Part shown: in pieces, positions 46,017 to 55,352 of the stretch | Position numbering within the stretch: the first letter of the stretch is position 1 | Layout of the letters: each line of letters opens with the position of its first letter | Notes under the pieces: model-generated | Database searches by the model: none | What the model was told of the DNA's origin: nothing | What the model saw: the letters and a program-made list of their open reading frames with translations, nothing else | Program-made: the position numbers and the translations under genes | IMG/VR virus record: IMGVR_UViG_3300028601_000033 | Location: 3,219 to 67,218 of that record | Length of the DNA: 64,000 nucleotides | Direction: 5' to 3' (one strand) | Source of the DNA: a virus

Positions 46017-46236
46017 TTAAGTTATACCTTAGGAGAGCCATTATGAAAGATTTTATTATAAATGTCTTAGTCATAATGGCTCTCCTCTGTCTTTTCACAC
46101 CTTTTCCGTGCAGTATTTGTTGCATTGTTTCTTTAGTATTATGTACAACACGAAAGAGGTGTTAAGTGATTGTTATTGTAATCTGGTCTGTCATTTTATT
46201 TGTATTTAGCAAATTAGTGCGAAAGTAGGAGTATAG

Positions 46237-47832
46237 ATGCGTGCAAGATTAATTGAATCAATCGCACAAAGACTCAAAGAAGAAATCGCACCTCAAAACC
46301 CTATCAAGTTTCTTAAGAAATTCGAGGTAGATGAATATATCGATGATGTAATATCTACAGTGTATTTGTATACAAGAGCTAAAAAGGGAAGTTCACACAA
46401 TACAATATATTTCGTAGAAGTAGCATCAGCTATAGGGCATTCTGTCAGGAATAAATTGAAGCAAAAAAGAAATTCATCTGTTGCTGTCAAAGCAGGCTCC
46501 TTCCTCTTGTATTCCTTTGAAATCCTGCAAATACTTCAAGTTGTATTAGGTCAGGGTAAAAATCATCACGCAAGTTACATTGTCCAGATGTTGGATGATG
46601 ACTGCTTACATGATTTGTGGAATAACATAGATACAGCCACAAATGAAAAATTACCCTCATTAAAACCTTATGCACCTTGGAACTCCTCTAAGCATGAAAC
46701 CGGTATATCAATTGTAAAAACCAAAAATAAAGATGTGTTAAGTATACTACATCCAGATACTCATCCATTAATATTTAATAGTTTGAATAAGTCTCAAGCT
46801 GTAGGTTGGAGAATAAATGAAGATATCTTTAACATTCACTTGTGGGCACTTCGTAACAAAACCAAAGCCTTCTCTGAAATTTGGGATTCTCAAAACCCCG
46901 AGGCTAAAACAACTAAACTGCGAGAAGCTAAAGCGATAGGTTCAATTGCTCAAAGATTTCTCAAATCTAAATTTTACCATCTGTACTATTATGATTTCAG
47001 AGGTCGTAAATACACATCAACAGCATATCTACATGAACAGGGTTCAGACCTAGCTAGAGGTTTATTACTGCGTGATGATTGCAAGCCAATCGGACCTGAG
47101 GGGTTCTTTTGCCTAATGGTGAGTATTGCTTCAAACTGGGCAGGTGATGCAGGCAGAGAAGACGGTGCAAAGACAGATAAAATACCACTGAAAGAACGAT
47201 ATTTATGGGCAATGGATAATGAAGAAATTTTATTATCCTATGCTGAATCACCGAAAATCCATCAAGGTTGGATGGACGCAGATAAGCCATGGCAATTCCT
47301 GGCTGCATGTATGGAACTAAAGAAGCTGCGAGAATGGCAATTTAAGAAAGGTGATCCAATGAATCCTTTCGAAGATTATTCTTATAAAAGTCATCTTGAG
47401 GCTTATATTGATGGGTCGAATAATGGTTCCCAACATCTGACAGCCTTAACAAGAGACGAGGTAACTGCACCTCACGTTAATCTTGTACCGCAATCACTCC
47501 CAGGTGATTTGTATAAATATATTGCAGATCATGTTTGGGAACGGTTGAATGAAACATATTCAAAACTATCAGCCACAGAAATCCAAGAGTGTAATCTATT
47601 CATTGACAAACTTGTCGATCTTAAGACAAAAATACATAACGAACCATCTGGAAGTGAGTTGCGACAAGCCCTTGTCGATGAGATTAAAATCTTAAAAGAA
47701 CAAAGTAGCCACCTAGGAGATAAACCATCAGTAGTCTTTTGGATGAAAATTGTAGATGCTAAACATAAGAGAAAAGTGGTTAAGCGTAATGTTATGACAC
47801 TCCCATATGGTGGAACTGCATATGGCTTGGGT
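46237..47832 (+). CDS. T7-like single-subunit RNA polymerase, exon 1
   Basis: DFRGRKY, DKPWQFLA, motif A IDGSNNGSQH, motif B RKVVKRNVMTLPYG. Confidence 0.92.
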
Positions 47833-48624
47833 TAATTCGGCTCAAGTAAAACTCCTCTAATTGCTGGGACATCCCTCTGGGACAATCAGCAGCGAAGCTA
47901 TACCGCCAATTAGTGTTTATCAAAGGAATATCGAAATGCCTTTTCAGAAATTTACTTTTATAGATTCTCCATCTAACATGAGTACCCGCACAATGCCTAA
48001 ATCAGGCGATTTGATCAGAAACCAACAAAATACCGGTAACTTCATCAACATCATACTTAGTGTATCATCACCTCGGAATGATGATAAGGGTATATTTGTG
48101 TATATTCGGAGTGTTAGATTTGCCAAATATAATGCTAGAGGAAAAACACCTATTACTTACCTAAAAGGCACACGATCTAGAAGTTTTAAATTTTATGTTT
48201 CAGTACCACAACAATCACATTGGCACCTAACTCGCTGTAATTGGCAATTGGTCAAACTACAAAAAGCAGTAGCTTTCAAAGAACAACGACTTTATGAGGT
48301 TATAGTTGAAGATGGTAAAGAAATTGCACGACATATAAGAACAGTCCGAAGGCCTTATGGGTTTGTAGATGTAGATAACCTAGATCAACGTATGCAAATT
48401 GTGGAAGCGTTAAAAGATGTAGATACGACATACAAGGCGCCTGAAGGCGTAAATTAATCATACACTTGGCGGTGTAGAACGTTCAACGACTATCCGTAAG
48501 GAGTACTAGGCAAGTGCCTGGGAAATGGGGAGACACTTAGGTGTAAGATATAGTCTGGTCTATATGGTAACATATAGCTGGTTTCATACCGGGGTAGAAG
48601 TAACGATTCTATCTGAACATAACG
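47833..48624 (+). mobile_element. group I intron (IA2-like) in the RNAP gene
   Basis: P1 CTTGGGT/GCTCAAG with U.G at the splice site; AATTGCTGGG/AATCAGCAG, GTTCAACGACTA, AAGATATAGTC; terminal G 48624; splicing restores YGLG|QQQI in frame. Confidence 0.92.
47936..48457 (+). CDS. intron-encoded protein of unknown family (173 aa, basic)
   Basis: AAGGA RBS; looped out of P6 (ACCGCCAA...TTGGCGGT); no GIY-YIG, HNH or LAGLIDADG motif visible. Confidence 0.7.
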   Translation: MPFQKFTFIDSPSNMSTRTMPKSGDLIRNQQNTGNFINIILSVSSPRNDDKGIFVYIRSVRFAKYNARGKTPITYLKGTRSRSFKFYVSVPQQSHWHLTRCNWQLVKLQKAVAFKEQRLYEVIVEDGKEIARHIRTVRRPYGFVDVDNLDQRMQIVEALKDVDTTYKAPEGVN

Positions 48625-49278
48625 CAGCAACAAATCAATGATGCAAAGAAACATGGTATAGATCTATTGCTTTACATGGAACATAAGTGGGGTGCATTTC
48701 TAGGAAGAGAAGTCTTTGAAGACTGTCGCATATCTTTAAAGAGACCTATGCAGTTATTGTCAATCTTTGAACAAGCAGGTAAACAAGCAGAGATTGATGG
48801 CAGGTTCTTATCTTGGATTGTACCGGTCACAGATTTTCCAGTTGTACAAAATTATGTAGAAGGAAAGATTAAGAAAGTATATGTGCAATATGGTCCTCCA
48901 AGGGGAAAAAGAAATAGTTCTGGTTATTATGACAACACACTTCAGCTCAATGTATGTTTCATCGAAGACCCGATTCCTTCCAAAAGAAAACAAGCTCAAG
49001 GAGCCAGTCCAAATGCAATCCACAGTTTAGATGCAGCGCACTTAACGATGATTGTTAATGCTTGTGATTTTCCAGTAACAACCATTCATGATTCGTTTGG
49101 ATGTTTACTAGCAGATATGCCTGTATTATTCAGGATTGTACGTGAAACATTTGTTGAGTTGTACAAGCACGACCCTTTAACGCAAATAATGAAGTACATT
49201 GGAGGTGATATCAGCGATGTAAAGTTAGGAACATTGGACTTATCTTTAGTATTAGATTCAGAATTCTGTTTTTGTTAA
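48625..49278 (+). CDS. T7-like single-subunit RNA polymerase, exon 2
   Basis: W..P...FPVVQ.Y, SPNAIHSLDAAHL, motif C IHDSF. Confidence 0.92.
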   Translation, partial: QQQINDAKKHGIDLLLYMEHKWGAFLGREVFEDCRISLKRPMQLLSIFEQAGKQAEIDGRFLSWIVPVTDFPVVQNYVEGKIKKVYVQYGPPRGKRNSSGYYDNTLQLNVCFIEDPIPSKRKQAQGASPNAIHSLDAAHLTMIVNACDFPVTTIHDSFGCLLADMPVLFRIVRETFVELYKHDPLTQIMKYIGGDISDVKLGTLDLSLVLDSEFCFC

Positions 49279-49489
49279 GGAGTAACAATGGAATGTTGTG
49301 ACTTAGTAGTCATCACTTGTTCATGTTTCACCAATGATAGTAACTACAAAAGCTGGTCCTGGAAACTTTAACACGTATATTGGAGTGAAATGCTCCGATA
49401 TCTGTCTTATCTGACATCAACGGCGTTACATTTACTGTTGTCACTGTAATACACAATAGAGGCACGAGTGGTTGCCAAAGAGGTATAAT

Positions 49490-49891
49490 ATGAAGCAATT
49501 TAGGACTTTTACAGAGGTTAAGAGTAACGTACCTTCTGATTTAGAATCGGAAATTGAAGATATAGTAAACAAGTTTCGCCGCCAAGAAGATATTGCAGGG
49601 GAGTTCGACTTTGAAGAATATTTTGGAGGTTGTGTGTTCTTGGTGGAGGAACTTTCTGATTTAAAGGAAATTCTAACACATGTCGTAAATATTGAAAGCA
49701 ATGAATGGGACAATTTGTTAAATACGCATTCAAGCTTTGATATTGCGGAATATGTTTGTAATGGAAATTATGCTTTCATCTTTGACATAACTAATAACTC
49801 TGGTGGCCCTTCTTACTACATACCCCGCGCAATTGCAGACCAATGCGATCATGTCGCAATGGCTATTGACCTGTCTGAACCCCTAAGCTAA
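49490..49891 (+). CDS. hypothetical protein
   Basis: GAGG RBS before ATG 49490. Confidence 0.6.
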   Translation: MKQFRTFTEVKSNVPSDLESEIEDIVNKFRRQEDIAGEFDFEEYFGGCVFLVEELSDLKEILTHVVNIESNEWDNLLNTHSSFDIAEYVCNGNYAFIFDITNNSGGPSYYIPRAIADQCDHVAMAIDLSEPLS

Positions 49892-49901
49892 GGAAATTAT
49901 T

Positions 49902-50104
49902 ATGTTGATTACACGTACTTCCATATTTTCTGGTAAAGAACATTCTATGGAAATCAATGTAACAAAGGCACAACTTGAAGCATGGTATAGTGGTACATTG
50001 ATTCAAAAGCCATGCCTAACCTGACAGATGATGAGCGTGAATTTATAAAAACCGGTATTACGGCAGAAGAATGGCGTGATAACTTTAATGCTACAGAAGA
50101 ATGA
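49902..50104 (+). pseudogene. small conserved-looking phage gene with a 1-nt frameshift
   Basis: MLITRTS...GTLIQ continues as AMPNLTDDEREFIKTGIT.EEW only after a shift at ATTCAAAAGCC (50001-50011). Confidence 0.55.
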
Positions 50105-50113
50105 CCTTTATTT

Positions 50114-50131
50114 CAACCCGTTGAATTAACC
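50114..50131 (+). promoter_or_regulatory. conserved phage motif copy 4 upstream of the replication module
   Basis: CAACCCGTTGAATTAACC. Confidence 0.75.
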
Positions 50132-50174
50132 CTTAATCCGTCTTACTAAATTAAATTACAAAAGGATTTAAAGA

Positions 50175-50723
50175 ATGGCTATTATTAGTAATGCACAACT
50201 TTGGTACACAAAACTTGACCCTAAACGTCCTAATGCTCGTTTCGATAAAGCTAACCCCTCTTGGGAAGTTCAAATAAGAACTGAAAGTAAAGAGGTGAGG
50301 AAAGAATGGGAAGCATTAGGCTTGAAAGTTATGGCAGTAATCCCTGATGAAGATGATGCTAAACCCTATTATAAGTGCAATCTACGCAAGCGTAAGTTTC
50401 GTGCCGATGGTTCTGAATCCGAAGCACCTGATGTAGTTGACGGTAATCTTAATCCAGTTGATCCTAACACTATTGGAAATGGCTCTATCGGTAATATTCG
50501 AATTTATCAATATCCATCAAAGACTGAAAAAGGTAAATTGGTAGCGGTCTTGATGCGAATTCAACTTGTTAAACATATTGTTTATCAACATAGTGAGCCT
50601 GACGATGAATTCGAGGTGACTGACACTGAAGTGATAAATCCAGAACCACAAGATAATGACAATGATAATACGTCATCTATCCCTCAGGCGCCAGCTACAA
50701 CTCGACCTGACAAAGCATTTTAA
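50175..50723 (+). CDS. single-stranded DNA-binding protein (T7 gp2.5-like)
   Basis: P.VVD.......IGNGS.G; acidic tail ending in Phe. Confidence 0.75.
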   Translation: MAIISNAQLWYTKLDPKRPNARFDKANPSWEVQIRTESKEVRKEWEALGLKVMAVIPDEDDAKPYYKCNLRKRKFRADGSESEAPDVVDGNLNPVDPNTIGNGSIGNIRIYQYPSKTEKGKLVAVLMRIQLVKHIVYQHSEPDDEFEVTDTEVINPEPQDNDNDNTSSIPQAPATTRPDKAF

Positions 50724-50731
50724 ATAACCTT

Positions 50732-50760
50732 AAAGGGGCTACTATAACGGTAGCCCCTTT
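50732..50760 (+). terminator. rho-independent terminator-like hairpin
   Basis: AAAGGGGCTAC-TATAACG-GTAGCCCCTTT. Confidence 0.65.
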
Positions 50761-50780
50761 GAAATCAATAAGGAATACTT

Positions 50781-51095
50781 ATGTCTAACGAAGTTTGTGA
50801 CGCTAAAGATATAATTAAAAACCATGTTAATCCTTCACACTATCAAGGTTACATTGAAGAATTGCAGTGGATTGAGGCGATGAGTCGTATTCCAACATTA
50901 AAAGACCCTGAGAAATTTAAAGCAGCACTTGAATTACAAGTTCGTAAATACCTAGATCGTAATGGTCAGAAAGACGCCGAAGTACAAGAGTTACGTAAAG
51001 CACTATGGTATATGAAGGCATTAGTGGCTTATGTTATGAATGGTTGCAAACCTCTAAATGTAAATGAGATTGATAAGATTCTCTCGGAGGATTGA
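50781..51095 (+). CDS. DUF3310 / T7 gp1.7-like protein
   Basis: VNPSHY...KYL.R.G.K....EL.KA.WY. Confidence 0.7.
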   Translation: MSNEVCDAKDIIKNHVNPSHYQGYIEELQWIEAMSRIPTLKDPEKFKAALELQVRKYLDRNGQKDAEVQELRKALWYMKALVAYVMNGCKPLNVNEIDKILSED

Positions 51096-52963
51096 TGTCT
51101 AGACTTGTATTTGACATTGAGACTGATGGGTTGTTAGATGAATTAACACGAATATGGATTATTGTCGCGCATGACTTAGATACAAAGAAGAAACAAATCT
51201 GGCTAGAAAGTGATCTGGGTTGGCAAAAAGCTTTTCAAGAAGCTGACTTATTAATTGGTCACAATGTAATAGATTTTGACTTTCCTGCACTAAAGAAGGT
51301 TACTGGATGGGAATTGGAAGATCAAGAAAAAGTACATGATACGATGATTATGTCTCAAGCTTTGGATTACAAAAGGTTCGGAAGTAACGGACATAGTATG
51401 GAAGCTTGGGGTGAATATTTCGGACAACCTAAACAGAAGCATGAAGACTGGACACAGTATTCACCAGAGATGCGTAGTCGCTGTGTATCTGACGTAAACC
51501 TTAATGTTAGGATTTATGACAAACTTCTCGAGGAATTTTTCTATATCTACGGTCGTAATGAGTTAATTAAACCGTATATCCAAGCTGAACATGCAGTCTC
51601 CTGGTGGTGTCAAGAATGTCAAGAAGTTGGATGGCCATTTAAAACTGAAGATGCCAAAGAACTTTTGAAAACACTTGAAGGTGAGATGAATAAAACTTAC
51701 GAGATCTTGTCTTCAAAATTGGGAATCAAGTGTGTCGCTGTAGATAAATGTAAAGGTGTTGTTCCTTGGAAGGAACCTAAATGGACTAAACAAGGTTTTT
51801 ATCACAAGGCTACAGCAGATTGGTTTGGAGTAGACCCTTGTTCTGGATTTGAAGGTGAAGAAAGGTTAATCAAAGGGCCATACTCTAGAGTAAAATTCGT
51901 ACCACTAAACTTGGATTCCACGGATGATGTTAAGTTATTTCTCTTCAGAAACGGATGGGAACCAACTCAATGGAATTTTAAGAATGACCCTGTAACAGGA
52001 GAGAGGCGTAAAACATCCCCTAAAATAACTGAAGACAGTATTGAATTTCTAGGCGGTGACGGTAAGCTCTATACTGAATTCTTAACTGTAAAATCAAGAT
52101 ATGGTGTTACAAAAACATGGGTTGAAAATGTTGATGAGAACAATAGACTCCATGGAACTTGTATGACTATTGGCACACCTAGTATGCGAATGAGACACCA
52201 GATTATTGTAAATGTACCATCTGGTGACAGTGCCTGGGGCCAGGAAATGCGTAGATTGTTTACATGTCCTCCTGGCTGGAGTCTGGTAGGTTGTGACTCA
52301 AAAGGAAATCAAGTTCGAGGTTTGGCACATTTTATCGCAGACGAAAATTTCATTGATGTAATATTAAATGGTGACATACATCAATTTAATGCCGATAGAT
52401 TAACTGAAGTATTAAAGAGTATGGGGATAGACCATACAGTACTCCGACCGCGAGCAAAACGTATTTTATATGCATTTCTTTTCGGTGCTGCTGGCGGTAA
52501 GCTGTGGAGTTATATATTTGATACTGTAGATGACCAAAAAGGAAATAAACTTAGAAATGGATTCCAAAAATCTGTCCCAGGTTTTAAAGAATTGCTTGAT
52601 AAGCTTAAAGCAATCTTTTCTAAAACTAAACAAGACGGTGAAGGTTATATTCCATCATTGGCGGGAACCAGAATCTATGTTGACTCTTACCATAAACTAT
52701 TAGTATACTTACTACAATCTACAGAAAAGATTACCTGTTCAGCAGCATGCTATCTTCTCCGCAAATATCTTAAAGAAGAGAAAATACCATACCAACCATA
52801 CATATTCATGCATGATGAACTAGACTTTGCAGTACCAGATGAATATAAAGAAAGAGCCATGGAATTAGGTATAAAGGCTTTCAAAGAGGGTCCAAAACTA
52901 TTTGGTATTAATATCATGGATGGTGACGGTAAAGTTGGTCTTGATTGGTATGATATCCATTAA
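51095..52963 (+). CDS. family A DNA polymerase with 3'-5' exonuclease (T7 gp5-like)
   Basis: FDIETDG, GHN..FD, motif A GCDSKGNQVR, motif B RAKRILYAFLFG, motif C MHDE. Confidence 0.95.
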   Translation: MSRLVFDIETDGLLDELTRIWIIVAHDLDTKKKQIWLESDLGWQKAFQEADLLIGHNVIDFDFPALKKVTGWELEDQEKVHDTMIMSQALDYKRFGSNGHSMEAWGEYFGQPKQKHEDWTQYSPEMRSRCVSDVNLNVRIYDKLLEEFFYIYGRNELIKPYIQAEHAVSWWCQECQEVGWPFKTEDAKELLKTLEGEMNKTYEILSSKLGIKCVAVDKCKGVVPWKEPKWTKQGFYHKATADWFGVDPCSGFEGEERLIKGPYSRVKFVPLNLDSTDDVKLFLFRNGWEPTQWNFKNDPVTGERRKTSPKITEDSIEFLGGDGKLYTEFLTVKSRYGVTKTWVENVDENNRLHGTCMTIGTPSMRMRHQIIVNVPSGDSAWGQEMRRLFTCPPGWSLVGCDSKGNQVRGLAHFIADENFIDVILNGDIHQFNADRLTEVLKSMGIDHTVLRPRAKRILYAFLFGAAGGKLWSYIFDTVDDQKGNKLRNGFQKSVPGFKELLDKLKAIFSKTKQDGEGYIPSLAGTRIYVDSYHKLLVYLLQSTEKITCSAACYLLRKYLKEEKIPYQPYIFMHDELDFAVPDEYKERAMELGIKAFKEGPKLFGINIMDGDGKVGLDWYDIH

Positions 52964-52974
52964 GGAGATGTTCA

Positions 52975-53286
52975 ATGCAAAAACGATTGATAAAAATTGG
53001 GGACAGTGTAGATTTCCAACCAAAATCTTCAGTGATAAGCTGTGTACCAAGTGAGTTGTATTATACACTATTGTTAGGTCGAATAAAGTTTCGGCATCCG
53101 ATTTGCGAAGATATGTATACGCATATTTTAGTGTTTCACAAACAATATCGACTCTCGTTAGGTTTTCGTTTCAAAGTCATTGTGCTAGTCGAGTCTAAAA
53201 AGGCAAATAAAATATCTCTACACAGTTACTTTAAAGATGCGACCTTGACTAAACTACTGAAGATCGTAGGGGCGCATAGTGCATAA
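52975..53286 (+). CDS. hypothetical protein
   Basis: AAGGAG RBS, 103 aa. Confidence 0.55.
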   Translation: MQKRLIKIGDSVDFQPKSSVISCVPSELYYTLLLGRIKFRHPICEDMYTHILVFHKQYRLSLGFRFKVIVLVESKKANKISLHSYFKDATLTKLLKIVGAHSA

Positions 53287-53317
53287 CATTAATAACAGCT
53301 GATTAAACGAGGTCTAA

Positions 53318-53695
53318 ATGGCAACAATCGCAATTGATTTTGATGGTACTTGTGTACGATATGCTTACCCTGAAGTAGGGGAATCTATAGGTGTTGAACC
53401 CGTATTAGAGCGATTAGTGGACGCAGGTCATCGCTTAATACTTTTAACGATGCGTACTGGTGAGCAGCTTAAAGAGGCGACGACGTGGTTTAAAGAGCGC
53501 AGTATTCCACTTTGGGGTATTAATAAAAATCCAGAACAAAAATACTGGTCTTTAAGTCCTAAAGTTTATGCAGAACTTTACATAGATGACCTTGCTTGTG
53601 GTATACCATTAATTTTAGGTGATACCGTTAAACCTTATGTAGATTGGTCTCTTGTGGAAGATTGGCTTATTGATAAAGAGTTTCTGGAGGCATAA
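53318..53695 (+). CDS. HAD-superfamily hydrolase-like protein
   Basis: IAIDFDGT, LT.R, KVYA..YIDD. Confidence 0.8.
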   Translation: MATIAIDFDGTCVRYAYPEVGESIGVEPVLERLVDAGHRLILLTMRTGEQLKEATTWFKERSIPLWGINKNPEQKYWSLSPKVYAELYIDDLACGIPLILGDTVKPYVDWSLVEDWLIDKEFLEA

Positions 53696-54522
53696 TGAAT
53701 AATGGTCTATTAGCCATCATAGATGGGGATATCATTTGCCACAATGCATGTCCTTATCGTCCTGACTTCCTGTCTACTAATAATATTACTACAATAACAT
53801 ATGATACCGAGGGTCATCAAATACACCCCGAAATGGCCACTGCCGAGAAAAGGCGGTACCTTGAAACTTCTTGGGCTAACTTTCAAAGGCAATTTCAAGA
53901 ATTAGTTGAAGAAGTATTTTGTACGGATTTCGTTATGGCTGTTAAGGGTGAAAATAATTATAGAGATATAATCTACCCTGATTATAAAGCTAATAGAAAA
54001 AGAAATCCTAAAGGTAGAAACCCATTTGTCCCTATTATTCGTCAGTTAGCTGTAGCTGAAGACTTTGCAGTTGAAGCTGAGGGCCGAGAAGCTGATGATT
54101 TGGTTCGTATTTGGGCAAATGAGGCAAGAAAAGCAGGTCGAGATTTCATAGTATGTACATCTGATAAAGATCTCAAGTGTATCCCTGGAAAATATTATAA
54201 TATTGATAAAAGGGAATTATTTATAATTACTGAAGAAGCTGCAACAAGACACTTCTATGAACAGTTATTGAAAGGGGACCCTACCGATAATATACCTGGA
54301 ATCCCAGGAATTGGCCCCGTAAAGGCAACAAGAATTTTAAAAGATTTAAACTCCGAAGCTGATTTCCAAGAAGCTGTAGTTGAACAATATTTAATTGCAT
54401 TTGGTCCAGAACTTTGGCATGAAGCTTTGGTGTTGAATGGTAAACTTCTAAATATTCAAAATCACGTGGAAGATTATTGGGATATCTCACATTGGCCCAT
54501 TATTAAAGAATTAATATTCTGA
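53695..54522 (+). CDS. 5'-3' exonuclease (T7 gp6-like)
   Basis: IDGD, YKANR, EADD, SDKDL, GDPTDNIPGIPGIGPVKA. Confidence 0.9.
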   Translation: MNNGLLAIIDGDIICHNACPYRPDFLSTNNITTITYDTEGHQIHPEMATAEKRRYLETSWANFQRQFQELVEEVFCTDFVMAVKGENNYRDIIYPDYKANRKRNPKGRNPFVPIIRQLAVAEDFAVEAEGREADDLVRIWANEARKAGRDFIVCTSDKDLKCIPGKYYNIDKRELFIITEEAATRHFYEQLLKGDPTDNIPGIPGIGPVKATRILKDLNSEADFQEAVVEQYLIAFGPELWHEALVLNGKLLNIQNHVEDYWDISHWPIIKELIF

Positions 54523-54529
54523 GGGTAGT

Positions 54530-54907
54530 ATGATAAAGGCATATGTAGCAGATAAAATTTATTATTTTGAAGAAGATAATTTTATCACGTTGATTGAGAA
54601 ATTTTGCACAAGTGAGTTTAATCTAATTGGACTTGCTAGCGCTATAATCCCTAAAGATGATAAAAGAGTCAATAAGATACTCCACAAAGATCTAGAAGAA
54701 ACTTATGATCTTATATTTCAAATGAGAGGGCATAAAGTTAATCAAACTACCATGACCTTCATCGAATGTGATATTGTATTAGTTCCAAATGAACTTGGAT
54801 TCAAGCACACTGGCGAGGAGTTTAAGACTACGAAAGCGATTCTAAATGTTAAAAGTCCCCACACTGTCTACAAAGTCACTATTGAAGAAGCCCACCCCTC
54901 TCCCTAG
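54530..54907 (+). CDS. hypothetical protein
   Basis: GAGG RBS, 125 aa. Confidence 0.55.
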   Translation: MIKAYVADKIYYFEEDNFITLIEKFCTSEFNLIGLASAIIPKDDKRVNKILHKDLEETYDLIFQMRGHKVNQTTMTFIECDIVLVPNELGFKHTGEEFKTTKAILNVKSPHTVYKVTIEEAHPSP

Positions 54908-55340
54908 GTTTCAAAATGGCCATTGGCACTTTCCAGAGCAGATGGGTGACGGCGTAGGTTTCATTTATGTTATACGAGATGCTTATCTACGCCGTTTTTA
55001 TTTAGGACAAAAACGCTTTAAAGGTACAGGAAAAATAAACGGAGGTAAAGAATCTAATTGGCGTAATTATAAAACATCGTCTAAATTGATGGCTGACCTT
55101 TTTAAAGAGAGACCTTTAGATGAATTCGAGTTTATCTGTATTGAGCAATATAAGACCAAGGGATGCTTGACATATGCTGAAACATGGTCTCTGTGCTTAG
55201 TGGAAGCTCCTACTACAGTTGACTGGTACAATAAAAGACTAGAAAGGATATCTTGGAATGTAACAGAACGGATTACTGACAGGCATAAAGAGAGATTACA
55301 ACGAGTAATTTCTTGGGACATTTTTAATGAGCTATTTTAA
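54846..55340 (+). CDS. free-standing GIY-YIG-like endonuclease (start uncertain)
   Basis: GFIYVI......FYLGQK, W..Y..SS, E..., YN. Confidence 0.7.
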   Translation: MLKVPTLSTKSLLKKPTPLPRFQNGHWHFPEQMGDGVGFIYVIRDAYLRRFYLGQKRFKGTGKINGGKESNWRNYKTSSKLMADLFKERPLDEFEFICIEQYKTKGCLTYAETWSLCLVEAPTTVDWYNKRLERISWNVTERITDRHKERLQRVISWDIFNELF

Positions 55341-55352
55341 TAAAGGTGAATA

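Noticed and set aside
46237-49278. RNAP2 as a naturally split two-subunit enzyme (N4 RNAPII-like) or a pseudogene
   Set aside because: A complete group I intron explains the break and restores the frame exactly
50781-53695. Z-genome or other base-modification cluster
   Set aside because: No purZ, thymidylate-synthase-like or glycosyltransferase gene is recognisable near the polymerase
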